Shown in pieces: positions 11,422-24,675 of a DNA stretch of 64,000 nucleotides. The stretch comes from Macrostomum lignano. Its lineage: Eukaryota. The position numbers and the translations under genes are program-made. Location: positions 124,001-188,000 of the forward strand of contig NIVC01001831.1 in NCBI GenBank assembly GCA_002269645.1, written 5' to 3'. The first letter of the stretch is position 1, and every line of letters begins with the position of its first letter. Below the pieces are notes generated by a model. The model searched no databases. It saw nothing but the letters and a program-made list of their open reading frames with translations, and was not told the DNA's origin.

Positions 11422-11730
11422 CGATTGAAAGTGGCACCCATCGATTGAAAGTGGCACAATTGATTGAAAGTGGCGCTATCGATTGAAAGTGGCACAATTG
11501 ATTGAAAGTGGCACAATTGATTGAAAGTGGCACAATTGATTGAAAGTGGCGCCATCGATTGAAAGTGGCGCCATCGATTGAAAGTGGCACAATTGATTGA
11601 AAGTGGCGCCATCGATTGAAAGTGGCGCCATCGATTGAAAGTGGCACAATCGATTGAAAGTGGCACAATCGATTGAAAGTGACACAATTGATTGAAAGTG
11701 GCACAATCGATTGAAAGTGGCACAATTGAT
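11422..11730. repeat. 19-bp minisatellite (GATTGAAAGTGGCACAATT)
   Basis: About 16 tandem copies. Confidence 0.95.
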
Positions 11731-12090
11731 GCACTCGAAAAGCTCTCAACAGTACCAACTCACCATGCCAAGTACTCAATGCAAACTGGTCTCCACGTGG
11801 CTCGCCGCCTCGAGTTCTCGGGCTTTTGCACAGTTGCTGTCCGGTCCAGCTGCACAGCGACTCGACTGGACTGACTGTTGCGGCGGCTTTTCAGGTCTCC
11901 TGCGGTGGGGTGGGGTTGCGAGCTCACGAGCTGTATGGGCTTCATTGTTCTGAGAAGAGGGTGGGCAGAGAGAGAATGAGACTATAGAAAATAGTGTGAG
12001 TCAAGCTGGAGGGGCAGAGAGCCAATCAGCGGTCGGCAGCCTCCCTCGCTCGAGCTGCATCTGTAAAATGCCATGGCGATAAAAAACTCT

Positions 12091-12829
12091 TCTCTTACCG
12101 CTTAACCTCATCTCCTACCGCTTAACCTCTTCTCCTACCGCTTAACCTCTTCTCCTACCGCTTAACCTCTTCTCCTACCGCTTAACCTCATCTCCTACCG
12201 CTTAACCTCATCTCCTACCGCTTAACCTCTTCTCCTACCGCTTAACCTCATCTCCTACCGCTTAACCTCATCTCCTACCGCTTAACCTCTTCTCCTACCG
12301 CTTAACCTCATCTCCTACCGCTTAACCTCATCTCCTACCGCTTAACCTCTTCTCCTACCGCTTAACCTCTTCTCCTACCGCTTAACCTCTTCTCCTACCG
12401 CTTAACCTCTTCCCCTACCGCTTAACCTCTTCTCCTACCGCTTAACCTCTTCTCCTACCGCTTAACCTCATCTCCTACCGCTTAACCTCATCTCCTACCG
12501 CTTAACCTCTTCTCCTACCGCTTAACCTCTTCTCCTACCGCTTAACCTCTTCTCCTACCGCTTAACCTCATCTCCTACCGCTTAACCTCATCTCCTACCG
12601 CTTAACCTCTTCTCCTACCGCTTAACCTCATCTCCTACCGCTTAACCTCTTCTCCTACCGCTTAACCTCTTCTCCTACCGCTTAACCTCTTCTCCTACCG
12701 CTTAACCTCATCTCCTACCGCTTAACCTCTTCTCCTACCGCTTAACCTCATCTCCTACCGCTTAACCTCTTCTCCTACCGCTTAACCTCTTCTCTTACCG
12801 CTTAACCTCTTCTCCTACCGCTTAACCTC
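12091..12829. repeat. 20-bp minisatellite (TCTCCTACCGCTTAACCTC[T/A])
   Basis: About 37 nearly identical copies with one alternating position. Confidence 0.97.
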
Positions 12830-13199
12830 GTCACTTACTGCTGTATCTAACGATTGCCTTTTTATGAAAAGAAATACTTACCAAGTCAATTTTGCTTAAC
12901 CCGAAATCACAGTTCTGAAGCCTGCAGTTCCTCTCCTCTTTATACAAGCCATAAAAACGGCCAAATTCAGTTTTATGGAGTTCGCCTGCCAAAGTTTTAG
13001 CGGGGCTGGAAGTGTTTATTTACAGCATGTAAAGTACAGTTTTGGATTAAGAAGCAAAATTATTAAATATTGGCGTGTTTCAACTCAATATAATATCCGG
13101 CGACCGCTCGGAATGCTTGCGGCACCCCATTGCCTGTTACTGGTTTCAACTGGAAACACTTAAAATGGGTATTTGACAGTTTGACAGTTTAACGGACCA

Positions 13200-13628
<429 letters not shown>

Positions 13629-14927
13629 ACAGTCGAAGAGCAAGCGGAGTGCGATGTGACCGCTGAGTTCCCGCAGCTCGCAGAGTCCGCCGGCCCGTGA
13701 GAAAATTGATCCCACAACCGCAGGCGGAGGCGGGCGGCTGTCAGCATAAAACGAGGTGCCTTCGCGGGGCATTAAAATGCACGTGCTCGCCCCATTTGGC
13801 AACAATACTGTCGCCCGAAAGCAGTTGGACAGCAAAAATGCTTCGCCTCGGGCGGGCCGAGGACCAGGACCTTGGGGGAGGAGCCTGGATCGGCGGCGAA
13901 GCACGCCCAGAGGATAGTTCTCTCTGTCAAATGATTGATGGGCTGCGGCTGTCAGAGGCACGCAGATGAGTCGCATCACAAGCTCTCCGGGTCCTCAATT
14001 TCCTTGGCTTCGAGTGTCCCCCACCCAAATATGCCATACACCTGTATTAGCTCAGCATTCACCAAAGTACAAAGCGTCTTAAGAATCATTGCTAAAAGTC
14101 TATTAGAATTGGACTCTGTTAGGGCCATGGAGGCCAACAAGCGCATGCAGGCTGATCGTCCTTCAGCCCGTAGCCAGGGGAGCCCAGCGCTGCTTATTCC
14201 CACTTCAAACAGCAGTTGGGGAGCGGCGGGCACGGGCAGGGCAAACACGGCATGCCACACTGGGGTGAGATGATGCTCCTCTGCTCAGGCTGGAGCAGTG
14301 CTCAAGTGAATTGGAGGAGGTGGCTGACAACAGATGGTCGCCCGCAGCTCTGGTCGCAGGCCGCTTGCACTTTCCCCTCTTCCCGCCGGTGTCCCACTTG
14401 CGAGACCGGCCAGGCCGCTGCTGCTGCGAAAATGGAGCTGTCCGAGACCGCCTGTCCGGCTACTCGGCCAATAATCTGAAGAGCTTCGCCCAGAATCTGA
14501 GCGCCATCAATTTGAGTCTCCGATCTCTCACAGTTTATTTATTGCATTTTCGCTGATGGAGCTCTTCGCTTTGAGAATTTTTCAAATAGAGACGCGAATA
14601 ATCAAGATAACAAAAGTACATCGCGGACAGCTTTACATGGGCTGGCCAAGTGCGAGCTCTCAGAGGCATCACCTCAGCTCAGTCGAACTCAAACTGCCGC
14701 ACGACAGGCCTGACAAAAAAGGTTGAAATGGGACTCGCACAGGAGTAAAATTTAACACAGGGGAATGACAACTGGGCTTGCAACAGGCTGCCTGTGACAG
14801 CTATGGGCCCCGGCTGACTCCCGCTCTGGCCGATGTCGCTCCAATCTCGAATATCTCGCCTCCCTCTTGTTCCCTTCTCCATTATCCAATTCCTGATTGC
14901 ACTAGTTTCCCTGCCGCTACTTCTAAC

Positions 14928-15030
14928 CCGTCTACTTCTCACCCGTCTACTTCTCAACCCTCTACTTCTCACCCGTCTACTTCTCAACCCTCTACTTCTC
15001 ACCCGTCTACTTCTCAACCCTCTACTTATA
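14928..15030. repeat. Short 15/30-bp tandem repeat (CCCTCTACTTCTCA-type)
   Basis: About 6-7 copies downstream of the GPCR. Confidence 0.8.
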
Positions 15031-15391
15031 ACCTGTGTACTTCTCCCCTTCTGTTTCTATTTCTCACCCCTCTACTCCTTACCCCATGGATAATGTATTC
15101 TAGATAGAACATAGAAAGTCAGCTCGTAGACAATCTTTGATTTGGGATCCACGCTTCCTCGCTCAGCTTAAAACAACGCCTTCATACTTCAATTTACTTG
15201 TACATACCTCTCTCTACCCTCCTCCAGTTCCCCTGAATCCAACCTGTCTAACTCTTCAATCCTTCAAGTTCTCCTACATAGAAAAAACCCGACGCAGCAA
15301 AAGGTATCCGCAATGTCAGTAAAATTGCAGTCCTCATAATTCAAGCAAAAATTTAACGGCAACTCAAATCCCGAACGCGATGGCTGAGCGC

Positions 15392-16354
15392 TCAGCGGGG
15401 CCGCAGCTGCAGCAGCTCAACTCCCTGCTGCTCCTCCGGTGCCGCTTCGCTGCGCGATAGCAGCTTCTGGCGAGTCGAGGCGACCTCCGTGGCTGCCGCC
15501 CCCTCCGGTCGTTGGCTGACACCAGCTGGGCCGCCGCCGCCGCCACCGGCCGTCCGGTCGGCGCGCGTTTCGACGTCGCTGCGGCGCAGATAAAAGCGGC
15601 GAAATTCGGCGCGAAACGCCGAGTTGAAGAAACCGTAGAGCAGCGGGTTGAGGCAGGCTGGCAGCAGGATGAGCAGCAGCGGCGAGAACTCAGCCAGCAC
15701 CGAGCGGGCGCCGCTGACCGCCGCGCCGCCGTCGCCCTGGCCAAGACCGACAAGGCTCATCCAATCGTCCGCTGGATCCTCTGAAGACCCGTTGTTGGCG
15801 GCCAGGCTCACTCGGATGTCCGCGATGTCGTGGTAGAGGTTCGAGACAGTCAGCGGCAGCCAGGATACGGCGAAGGCGACGGCGATGACCGCCAGTACCA
15901 GGTTGGCGCGGCGGCCGCGGCGCCGTTCCGCGCGCGCTCGCTGGCGCTGATAGTCCGTGGTGATCGCCAGGCCCGTGCCGGCAGTGGGGGCGGCAGCGGA
16001 GTCGGCGGAGCCCACGGGCAGCTGGCCGTGCCGGCGGCGCACCTTCTCGTTCAGACGGCGGCAGAGGAGGCCATAGGCGATGCTGACGGTGCACAGCGGC
16101 ACCAGATATTGAAACAGCAGCGCTACACCGCAGCTGTAGGCCGCCTTCCATACCTTCACGGTCGGGCTGGTGGTCATCTCGGTGCAGAGCGGCCGCGGCC
16201 GGCTCTCATGGGGGATCCACGGTTTGGTGATGGTGGCGAAATAGGCCAGCGGGGAGGCGAGCGCGGCGGCCAGCAGCCACATGGCGGCGATCCAGATGGC
16301 GGCCCGGCGGCGCCGGTGCTTCTCGTCGGGTCGCCATCCAACTCGATTGATCAC
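15392..16354 (-). CDS. Neuropeptide Y/F-type class A GPCR, exon 2 (ICL2 to C-terminus)
   Basis: Acceptor tctcag|GTG. TM4 AAIWIAAMWLLAAALASP, ECL2 Cys, TM5 FQYLVPLCTVSIAY, TM6 FAVSWLP, TM7 ACLNPLLYGFFNSAFRAEF. Joins exon 1 in phase 0 to give DRFQ|VIN. Confidence 0.9.
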   Translation of the reverse strand: MINRVGWRPDEKHRRRRAAIWIAAMWLLAAALASPLAYFATITKPWIPHESRPRPLCTEMTTSPTVKVWKAAYSCGVALLFQYLVPLCTVSIAYGLLCRRLNEKVRRRHGQLPVGSADSAAAPTAGTGLAITTDYQRQRARAERRRGRRANLVLAVIAVAFAVSWLPLTVSNLYHDIADIRVSLAANNGSSEDPADDWMSLVGLGQGDGGAAVSGARSVLAEFSPLLLILLPACLNPLLYGFFNSAFRAEFRRFYLRRSDVETRADRTAGGGGGGPAGVSQRPEGAAATEVASTRQKLLSRSEAAPEEQQGVELLQLRPR

Positions 16355-16361
16355 CTGAGAT

Positions 16362-16769
<408 letters not shown>

Positions 16770-17611
16770 CACTGCAGAGGGCAGGCTGATAGCTGGTAAA
16801 TGCCCATCTAAACTGCCCTCTCCCCAGCCAATTCCCATGGACCCGAAGCCCAGTTACAGAGACAGCCGCAGCTTCAATCAGATCAGACTGGGGATTCAAT
16901 TACTGGCCCGTCGGCCAGCCGGGATTTCCCGCCGCACCGGCCGGAGAAAATCGACAGACGCGGCGGCGCTGGCTGCCAATTCTTGGGGACCTCTGGAGCG
17001 CGGCAGCGGCAGGCAGAGAGCGGGGCTGACCAGAGAGCCCTTGGCGGCCATTTTCCCGATGCAAATTCAATTTCGGCCCGTCAGGCCGCGGCCGGTCACT
17101 CCAGCCAATCTGGGTCGCCGCTGCTGCCGCTGCCGCCACCAGGCCGAGGTGAGCGGCGAGCTCACGTGCGACCTCCGCCCGATCAATTAAAGCTGACCGC
17201 CTCATTTGACGGCGCTCTGCACTTTTACTGCCGCCTCCTCTCTGCAAGGCGCTGCCACTTATTTTCGGTAAGGCGATCCCCGCTGCCCGAGGAGGGGGAG
17301 GCGGCCAAGAGTTCGTGGGGGAATTAATTTCTAGGAAGACAGGAAACGCCTGCTCATCCTGAGCTCGGCCCCTGAAGTCTATTGACTAAAAATAAGCGCC
17401 ATTCGGTTGCATTAGGCGCATGGGAGCTTTGACTGAGGGATAATGGAACTGCACAATAGGATAACTCTCTGTCACAGAAATCCTCAGAGCGGGACATCTT
17501 TTCAAACAGACCAGCAGTGCATAGCGGGGGAATAGGCAGAATGGGATGCTGGTAAGGCGTGTAGAGCATATTGAATTGTGCTGACAATGGAAAAGCCGAT
17601 AAGCCTGCTAC

Positions 17612-18070
17612 CTGAAAGCGGTCCAGCGCAATGGCGATGATGGCGTAGGTGGACACAAACACGTTGACTCCAGTCAGCGTGTTCACCAGCTTGCACAGCG
17701 CCAAGCCGAAGTGCCAGCCGCTGTACCGCTGAAACAGCCGGACGATGTTGAGCGGCTGGGTGAAGCAGCAGAGCACGAGGTCGCTGAGCGCCAGGTTGGC
17801 GATGTACAGGTTGCCGCCCGTGCGCATGCGCCGGTTGCGCAGGAACAGCCCGACCACGGCCGCGTTGCCGAGGGCGCCGAACAGCAGGCAGACGGAGTAC
17901 ACCGCCACCGCCGCGTACAGGGCGGGCAGATGACGGCGCTCGGCGGCTTCAAACGCGGCCGAGGCGGCCTTGATGGCGTCGCTGTAGTTGCTGCAGGCCA
18001 GCTGGCGAATGACACTGGCTACATCCACCGTGTCGCTTGGGGCCTCGTCCTGCTGGCTGAAGCAGCTCAT
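17612..18070 (-). CDS. Neuropeptide Y/F-type class A GPCR, exon 1 (N-terminus, TM1-TM3)
   Basis: LFGALGNAAVV, RMRTGGNLYIANLALSDLVLCCFTQP, WHFGLALCK, VFVSTYAIIAIALDRFQ then donor CAG|GTAGCA. Start may be ATG 18070 or the in-frame ATG at 18166. Confidence 0.9.
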
Positions 18071-18648
18071 GGCCAAGGAAGTCTTCGGGCAGCGGAGCTT
18101 TTCCAGTAATCGGGACGCAGTGGGGAGGTTTTGTCGCAGTGACGGCAGCGAGGGGCGGCGGCCCATTTATGCGGGGACTGGGCTGAGAGGATCGCGTGGG
18201 CGATGCGGATTCAGAGACTGCAATTGGCTGGGCGGCCGTGGAGTTTGAAATGCAGCATCTGGAGGGGAACTGGCAGCTTCATCAAATGCAGGCTCAAAAC
18301 TTATCACAGCTACACGAAGCATCCTATCAAGAAGTCCTCGAATATAGTAAATTAAGCAACTCAATCTCGTGACTCAAGCAGCGCAAGTTCTTCCGCACTC
18401 GCAAATATCCGACTCGAATGCAGCACCTGCCATGCCTTCCTGATACGAAGCTCATGATTTTGACCAGGTCTCGTTAATCTTTGTTCGCCATCTCTAGTCT
18501 CTCAATTTCCTTGCCCATCCCTCTATTATGGATGAATTTTCGACCCCCCTGAAGTGATTGATACCGGCCAGCTGTCCGGCCAGCTGTCCGGCCAGCTCTC
18601 GCCTGTCCGAAATGCAGCGCCGGGTTTTGCTTTCCCGTAAAAGCCCCC

Positions 18649-19185
18649 CCTCAGATCCTGAGCCCCCTCAGATCCTGAGCCTCCCTCAGATCCTGAGCCC
18701 CCTCAGATCCTGAGCCCCCTCAGATCCTGAGCCCCCCTCAGATCCTGAGCTCCCCTCAGATCCTGAGCCCCCCTAGATCTTGAGCCCCCTCAGATCCTGA
18801 GCCCCTCAGATCCTGAGCCCCCCCCCCTAGACCCTGAGCCCCCTCAGATCCTGAGCCCCCCCAGATCCCGAGCCCTCCCCCCAGATACCGAGCCCTCCCC
18901 CCAGATCCCGAGCCCTCCCCCCAGATCCCGAGCCCTCCCCCCAGATCCCGAGCCCTCCCCCCAGATCCCGAGCCCTCCCCCCAGATCCCGAGCCCTCCCC
19001 CAGATCCCGAGCCCTCCCCCCAGATCCCGAGCCCTCCCCCAGATCCCGAGCCCTCCCCCAGATCCGAGCCCTCCCCCTAGATCCCGAGCCCTCCCCCAGA
19101 TCCCGAGCCCTCCCCCAGATACCGAGCCCTCCCCCCAGATCCCGAGCCCCCCTCAGATCCCTCCCCCTCCCCCCAGATCCCGAGC
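18649..19185. repeat. 18-21-bp minisatellite (CCCCCAGATCCCGAGCCCT / CCTCAGATCCTGAG)
   Basis: Tandem copies with a gradient from CTCAGATCCTGAG to CCAGATCCCGAG variants and variable C-runs. Confidence 0.93.
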
Positions 19186-20003
19186 CCGCACCTCCCTTCT
19201 CATGGAGGGAGCCGGGCTGTCTCGGGCGATGCGGGCAAGCGGTAAATTTGGGCCGAGCAGCGAGCGACCCTCAGCCCGCAGGAAGTGGCGGCGGCTGGTG
19301 CACTTTGGCCGACTCTCCCGGCCCATGGCGGCTTTCAGCTGCACTCAAGCCTCATGGCTGGAAAACTCACTCTCATTAGTCTAAGCAGCCCGCGGCACTT
19401 AAAAAATTAATTTTACAAGCGGGACGAAAATAAAATTCAATTTCTAGATGGCGCGCCATCGGAACGATGAAAATGCTTGACAAACTGTCAATTTTCCAAT
19501 CCATTTTATTTCGCAAATTGTAGTTTGAATTTTACAGTTTTATAAACAGCTCCAACTGGCTTCTTTTCTGTCTGTTTCTGTGCCGTCTTCACAGACTGTT
19601 GTGAAGGATTCTTGAGAGCGCGCTTGAACTCCGCTATGGATTTCCATTGAGCTGCAGCATTCCCCCCCGCAACCTCGGAGCCTGATTGAGTCTCCCGGGG
19701 AGCCCGGCCTGAATATCAATGCCGTCTCAGCCGCCGCTAATTGGCATCGAGCTCGAGCTCCTCTGCTGCCGCTGACTTTGTTCTTTGTAGAAACCTGCAG
19801 CCTCAGCTGCCGGAGCCCCCGGACCTGGCGGCACCCCAAATTCGGATTTTTTGTTTCAAAAAACTGCTACCATTCCTGCCGCCGTGACGTTTTCACTTTC
19901 TCCTTTCCTTTTGTCTGTCCTTCTCTGTACCTCTGTCTAATGCATAATTTGCTGCTGAGACCCGCACTCACCTCTAGAATTGACGTGCTCTGTGAAGTCC
20001 TCT

Positions 20004-20600
20004 GGCTCCGCCTCTCCATCCACCTTCTGCCTCCGCCTCTCCCTCCACCTTCTGCCTCCGCCTCTCCCTCCACCTTCTGCCTCCGCCTCTCCCTCCACCT
20101 TCTGCCTCCGCCTCTCCCTCCACCTTCTGCCTCCGCCTCTCCCTCCACCTTCTGCCTCCGCCTCTCCCTCCGCCTTCTGCCTCCGCCTCTCCCTCCGCCT
20201 TCTGCCTCCGCCTCTCCCTCCGCCTTCTGCCTCCGCCTCTCCCTCCACCTTCTGCCTCCGCCTCTCCCTCCACCTTCTGCCTCCGCCTCTCCCTCCGCCT
20301 TCTGCCTCCGCCTCTCCCTCCACCTTCTGCCTCCGCCTCTCCCTCCACCTTCTGCCTCCGCCTTCTGCCTCCGCCTCTCCCTCCACCTTCTGCCTCCGCC
20401 ACTCCCTCCACCTTCTGCCTCCACCTCTCCCCACCCCCTCCTCTGTCTACCTCCCACTCTCTCTCCACCTCTCCATTCTCTCTCCACCTCTCCCTTCTCT
20501 CTCCACCTCTCCCTTCTCTCTCGACCTCTCTCCAGCCCTCTCTTCTCTCCCTCCAGCTCTCCCTTCTCTCCCTCCAGCTCTCCCTCTCTCCCTCTAGCCC
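20004..20600. repeat. 25-bp C/T-rich minisatellite (CCTCCGCCTCTCCCTCCACCTTCTG) grading into CT-rich low-complexity DNA
   Basis: About 16 copies to ~20425, then degenerate CT tract. Confidence 0.94.
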
Positions 20601-20972
20601 TCACCCTCTTAGCAGCTGATTTCCTGAATCCAAGCCACTTTTGATTTTCCAGTCTGTTAACAGTTTTTCTGTCTCCAATTCAAAATTGCTCACTGTTCCG
20701 GAACCTTTCTCACAGATTGAGATTGCTTGTGCTCAAATATGTCAGGGATGCCGCGTCAGCCTCCCTGTCACATGCTGCCACCCACGTGACAGCGAAGTGA
20801 AGTGGCAGTCAGGCACAGACCGGCCCTGTTCAGTGGCAAATACGAGCGTGGGTGAGGCAGCAATTTGCCATCAGCACCGGACCGGCTGGGAAGCCGATTC
20901 ACTGGAGCGAGACGCTGCTGCACTGCGGCTTGAGTTGACAGTGCTGTGTACCTGTCTCAGATATATACCTCA

Positions 20973-21672
<700 letters not shown>

Positions 21673-23169
21673 AGGTATAAAATCACATCACTATGAGCCC
21701 CCTTGAGAAGTAGCTGAGACGAACAGGCGAGCTAGCAGACCCTGAAGAAGAGCATCCAGCTGCATTGAGCTGCATCGGAGGCCTGCTGAAAAACAGCACA
21801 AGCCGTGACTTTTGTGAATTCCTACTAATTGAGCCAGTAATTATTGCACTTAGCTTGACACGGAGCTGGCCTCGGGAGCGGAACCGAGATTCAGGTCAGC
21901 CGACAGCGATGGTTGCTATGAAGATGGAGTGAGCAGACTGTGGGTACATTTCAAAAATGAATAAGCAAGACTCTCCGAGAAAATTCAGACCAAATACCAA
22001 CCAGTGAATTCCGATGCGATGACTAGCCAGATCCTCATCTTCTACTGTCAGTAGCTGAAACTGCATGTGCATGTTATTTCAACACAGAAAAAGAACAGTA
22101 CAGGACTTGGAATTGGTGCGGCATGTCTCGCATGGCTCCGGCCGATGCAGCTTTGGCAAGCCAGTAGAAGTCACAGAAGCAGCTGTTGTGTATTGTGTGC
22201 TTACTCTGCATCCGGGTGTTAAAATCCACCATATCACCACCCCAGACGTCAACCATGGGAGTGACGGTCTCACGCCAATATTGTCGCCATCAGAGGCTTG
22301 AATGGCTGTCCTGTTTGAATCGGGCATTAGATATGCATGTAATTGAAACCAAATGTTGAAAACACAATAGTTGTGCGCGGAATTTCAATGCGCGCTCGTT
22401 GCAGACGGATCGAACGAGCAAATGACATAGTTTGAGCTTGAAAAGGGGCAGCTAGGAGAGACCATAGGTCTTTTAAACCACTTTAAAGCTCACTTTCAGG
22501 GAGGTTATTGACATAGATTTTATTTTGCAGGATTTAATCGATCACTTTCCCGGACATATTGCAAGGATTATTGTATGTATCTAAATAAGCGAGCTTCTCT
22601 CTCCTCTTCCTTCGTGACTCGAGAAATTTCTTAATGAAAATTTGTCTATGGTAAGAATGTGGGGGCTTCGCCCCCCACACACCCAGCAGGGGCTTCGCCC
22701 CCACACCCCCATCCCCAACTTCAACCATAGACATACCAGGTACAAGTATGGCTCCGGGATTTATCTGAATACATCCCGCAAAATTAAAGTAGTAGTAGGG
22801 CCTTCGGCTCTCGGGATTTAATCACATACCGGGTACCGACCTCAAACCCATAGAATATCTTATTATATTCCCTAGATAGGCCGCTTTGTATTGCGGCAAT
22901 AGGGAAATCGCGACCGCTGTTTTTCGTCACTTGTGCGAAAAAGCCGATATGAGTTGCTTAAATTTTGAGTTCAATAGCTTAGGGACATAGACGCTATTTT
23001 TTTTGAGAATTAAGTGGCCCATCTGGTGTATACGATCTTTGGGAGAGGCGAGTTTTCATGGGTGAAATTTCTATACGATCTGACTACTTTATACCACAGA
23101 CAAGATAGGAAAGTTTGCGACACTGTAAAAATGATTACATACTATAGCAGTTTAGACTGCGGGAGTCTA

Positions 23170-24327
23170 ATGAGTCTAGAACGTTGCAAGCTCAGAACTT
23201 TCTGCTCGCGCAAAAATGATGGAACAAAGAAGCAATTATTATCGCTAGCCGGCGCAGCAGCTGTCTTACTGACTGTAGCATACCTCGTTCGGCGCAGAAA
23301 CTTGCCTGATTCTGACACACTGCCAGTTTTGAGCGATGTGCAGTTGATCAAAAACTGTCCCGCCTACAACGAGCTCCGCAGCGTCGACTTCACGAACCCC
23401 AGCCTGCGGCACCGGCTGTGTCAGGAGACACCGGCCTACCAGTTAGTCAGGGGCAAATTTCCCCTGTGCGAGCTGAACAGGAACTTACCGCAGCAGATGT
23501 ACACCATTGTCAGACAAGGGTCTCCTGTGGCCAATGTGACCCGAGCGATGGGCGGCGGCCGAATGCCGATATTCACCTTCGGCGCGGAAGACTTCACTTC
23601 TGGGGAGATGCTAAAGAAGAACGCCTGGGAAACTGGCGAAATTCGGACGATGCTCAACCTGTTAAAGCAGTTTCCGACAGACTCGGTGACGTTCCTTGAT
23701 GTCGGCAGCAACGTCGGGATCTACAGCCTGCAGGCCAGAGAGCTCGGGTATCCCGTGGTGGCCATCGATGCAAACATTCGTGCATTGGCCAGATTGCAGA
23801 TGTCAGCAAAGAGGCTGGGTTTGCTTGATGACAAAATGAAACTTTTCTGGGGCTTCATCAGTGACGACGTGGCGGTGAAGCGGATCAGCTATAACGCCGA
23901 CGACTTTGGCTGCCACGCTGGAAGCGGCTCAGTCGGATTGGCTGACTGGAAACGGCAGGTCACGAAGTTAATCGAGGACACGATTCCCGTGACCACTGTC
24001 AAAGCGGACGAGCTTCGAGCGCACATCGGCACCAAGAATGTGGTCGTCAAGATGGACATCGAGTCCGGTGAGCACCTGTTCATGAAGACTGGCGAGAGGC
24101 TGTTCAGCGAGCTCAACATCATGGCGCTGCAGATGGAGTTCTGGCGGAAGCTCGGTCAGCGACCGCAATCTTCCAACTATTACGAGTTTGTGACGCAATT
24201 CATGACCTCGAGGAACTTCTCTTTGCTGTCCATGGGTAGCTTCCAAGTGCAGCAAATTGCCACATTTGGTGAATGGGACGGAATATGGATTAGAAACGAC
24301 TTTTTGCCACGAGTTAAGAAAGAGTGA
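23170..24327 (+). CDS. FkbM-family (Methyltransf_21) SAM-dependent methyltransferase with N-terminal membrane anchor, intronless
   Basis: SAM motif FLDVGSNVGIYSL, VVAIDAN, VVVKMDIESGE, MALQMEF, and terminal DGIWIR. Hydrophobic segment LLSLAGAAAVLLTVAYLV precedes the domain. Start may be ATG 23131 or 23170. Confidence 0.82.
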   Translation: MSLERCKLRTFCSRKNDGTKKQLLSLAGAAAVLLTVAYLVRRRNLPDSDTLPVLSDVQLIKNCPAYNELRSVDFTNPSLRHRLCQETPAYQLVRGKFPLCELNRNLPQQMYTIVRQGSPVANVTRAMGGGRMPIFTFGAEDFTSGEMLKKNAWETGEIRTMLNLLKQFPTDSVTFLDVGSNVGIYSLQARELGYPVVAIDANIRALARLQMSAKRLGLLDDKMKLFWGFISDDVAVKRISYNADDFGCHAGSGSVGLADWKRQVTKLIEDTIPVTTVKADELRAHIGTKNVVVKMDIESGEHLFMKTGERLFSELNIMALQMEFWRKLGQRPQSSNYYEFVTQFMTSRNFSLLSMGSFQVQQIATFGEWDGIWIRNDFLPRVKKE

Positions 24328-24675
24328 TGGGTTTGACAAAGATGACCAATGGGCCACTTTTACTGGGCTATGAAGTTTTCACTGGGCTATGCATGAATGT
24401 AGGTGATATCTTTGAACTCTTGTGAGGCACTTTTTGTAGCATTCATAGTGCTTGTCTAGCCTGACAGGCCGGGCATGTCGCTACGAGCAAAATTGTTATT
24501 TGAATGAGTGCGCCTGCACTTGCTCCCCTCTCTGCCCAACCATTCACCGTATTCTTAATTGATCAGCGCCTCGGCCCCCATGTACGCCATCGTCCATGTC
24601 GTCCATCGCTTATCTTTCTCTTTAAATGTGTACGTTCAACCCCCCCCCTGGAAAAAATGGATGATGAGTTAGAAT

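Noticed and set aside
13630-14560. GC-rich segment with ORFs on both strands between the (CAGA)n tract and the GPCR
   Set aside because: No recognisable domain or consistent splice structure; it may be UTR or regulatory DNA.
22079-22327. Cys-containing ORF (CETCRTNSKSCTVLFLC) resembling a piggyBac cysteine-rich tail
   Set aside because: The spacing does not fit the motif and there is no upstream transposase sequence.
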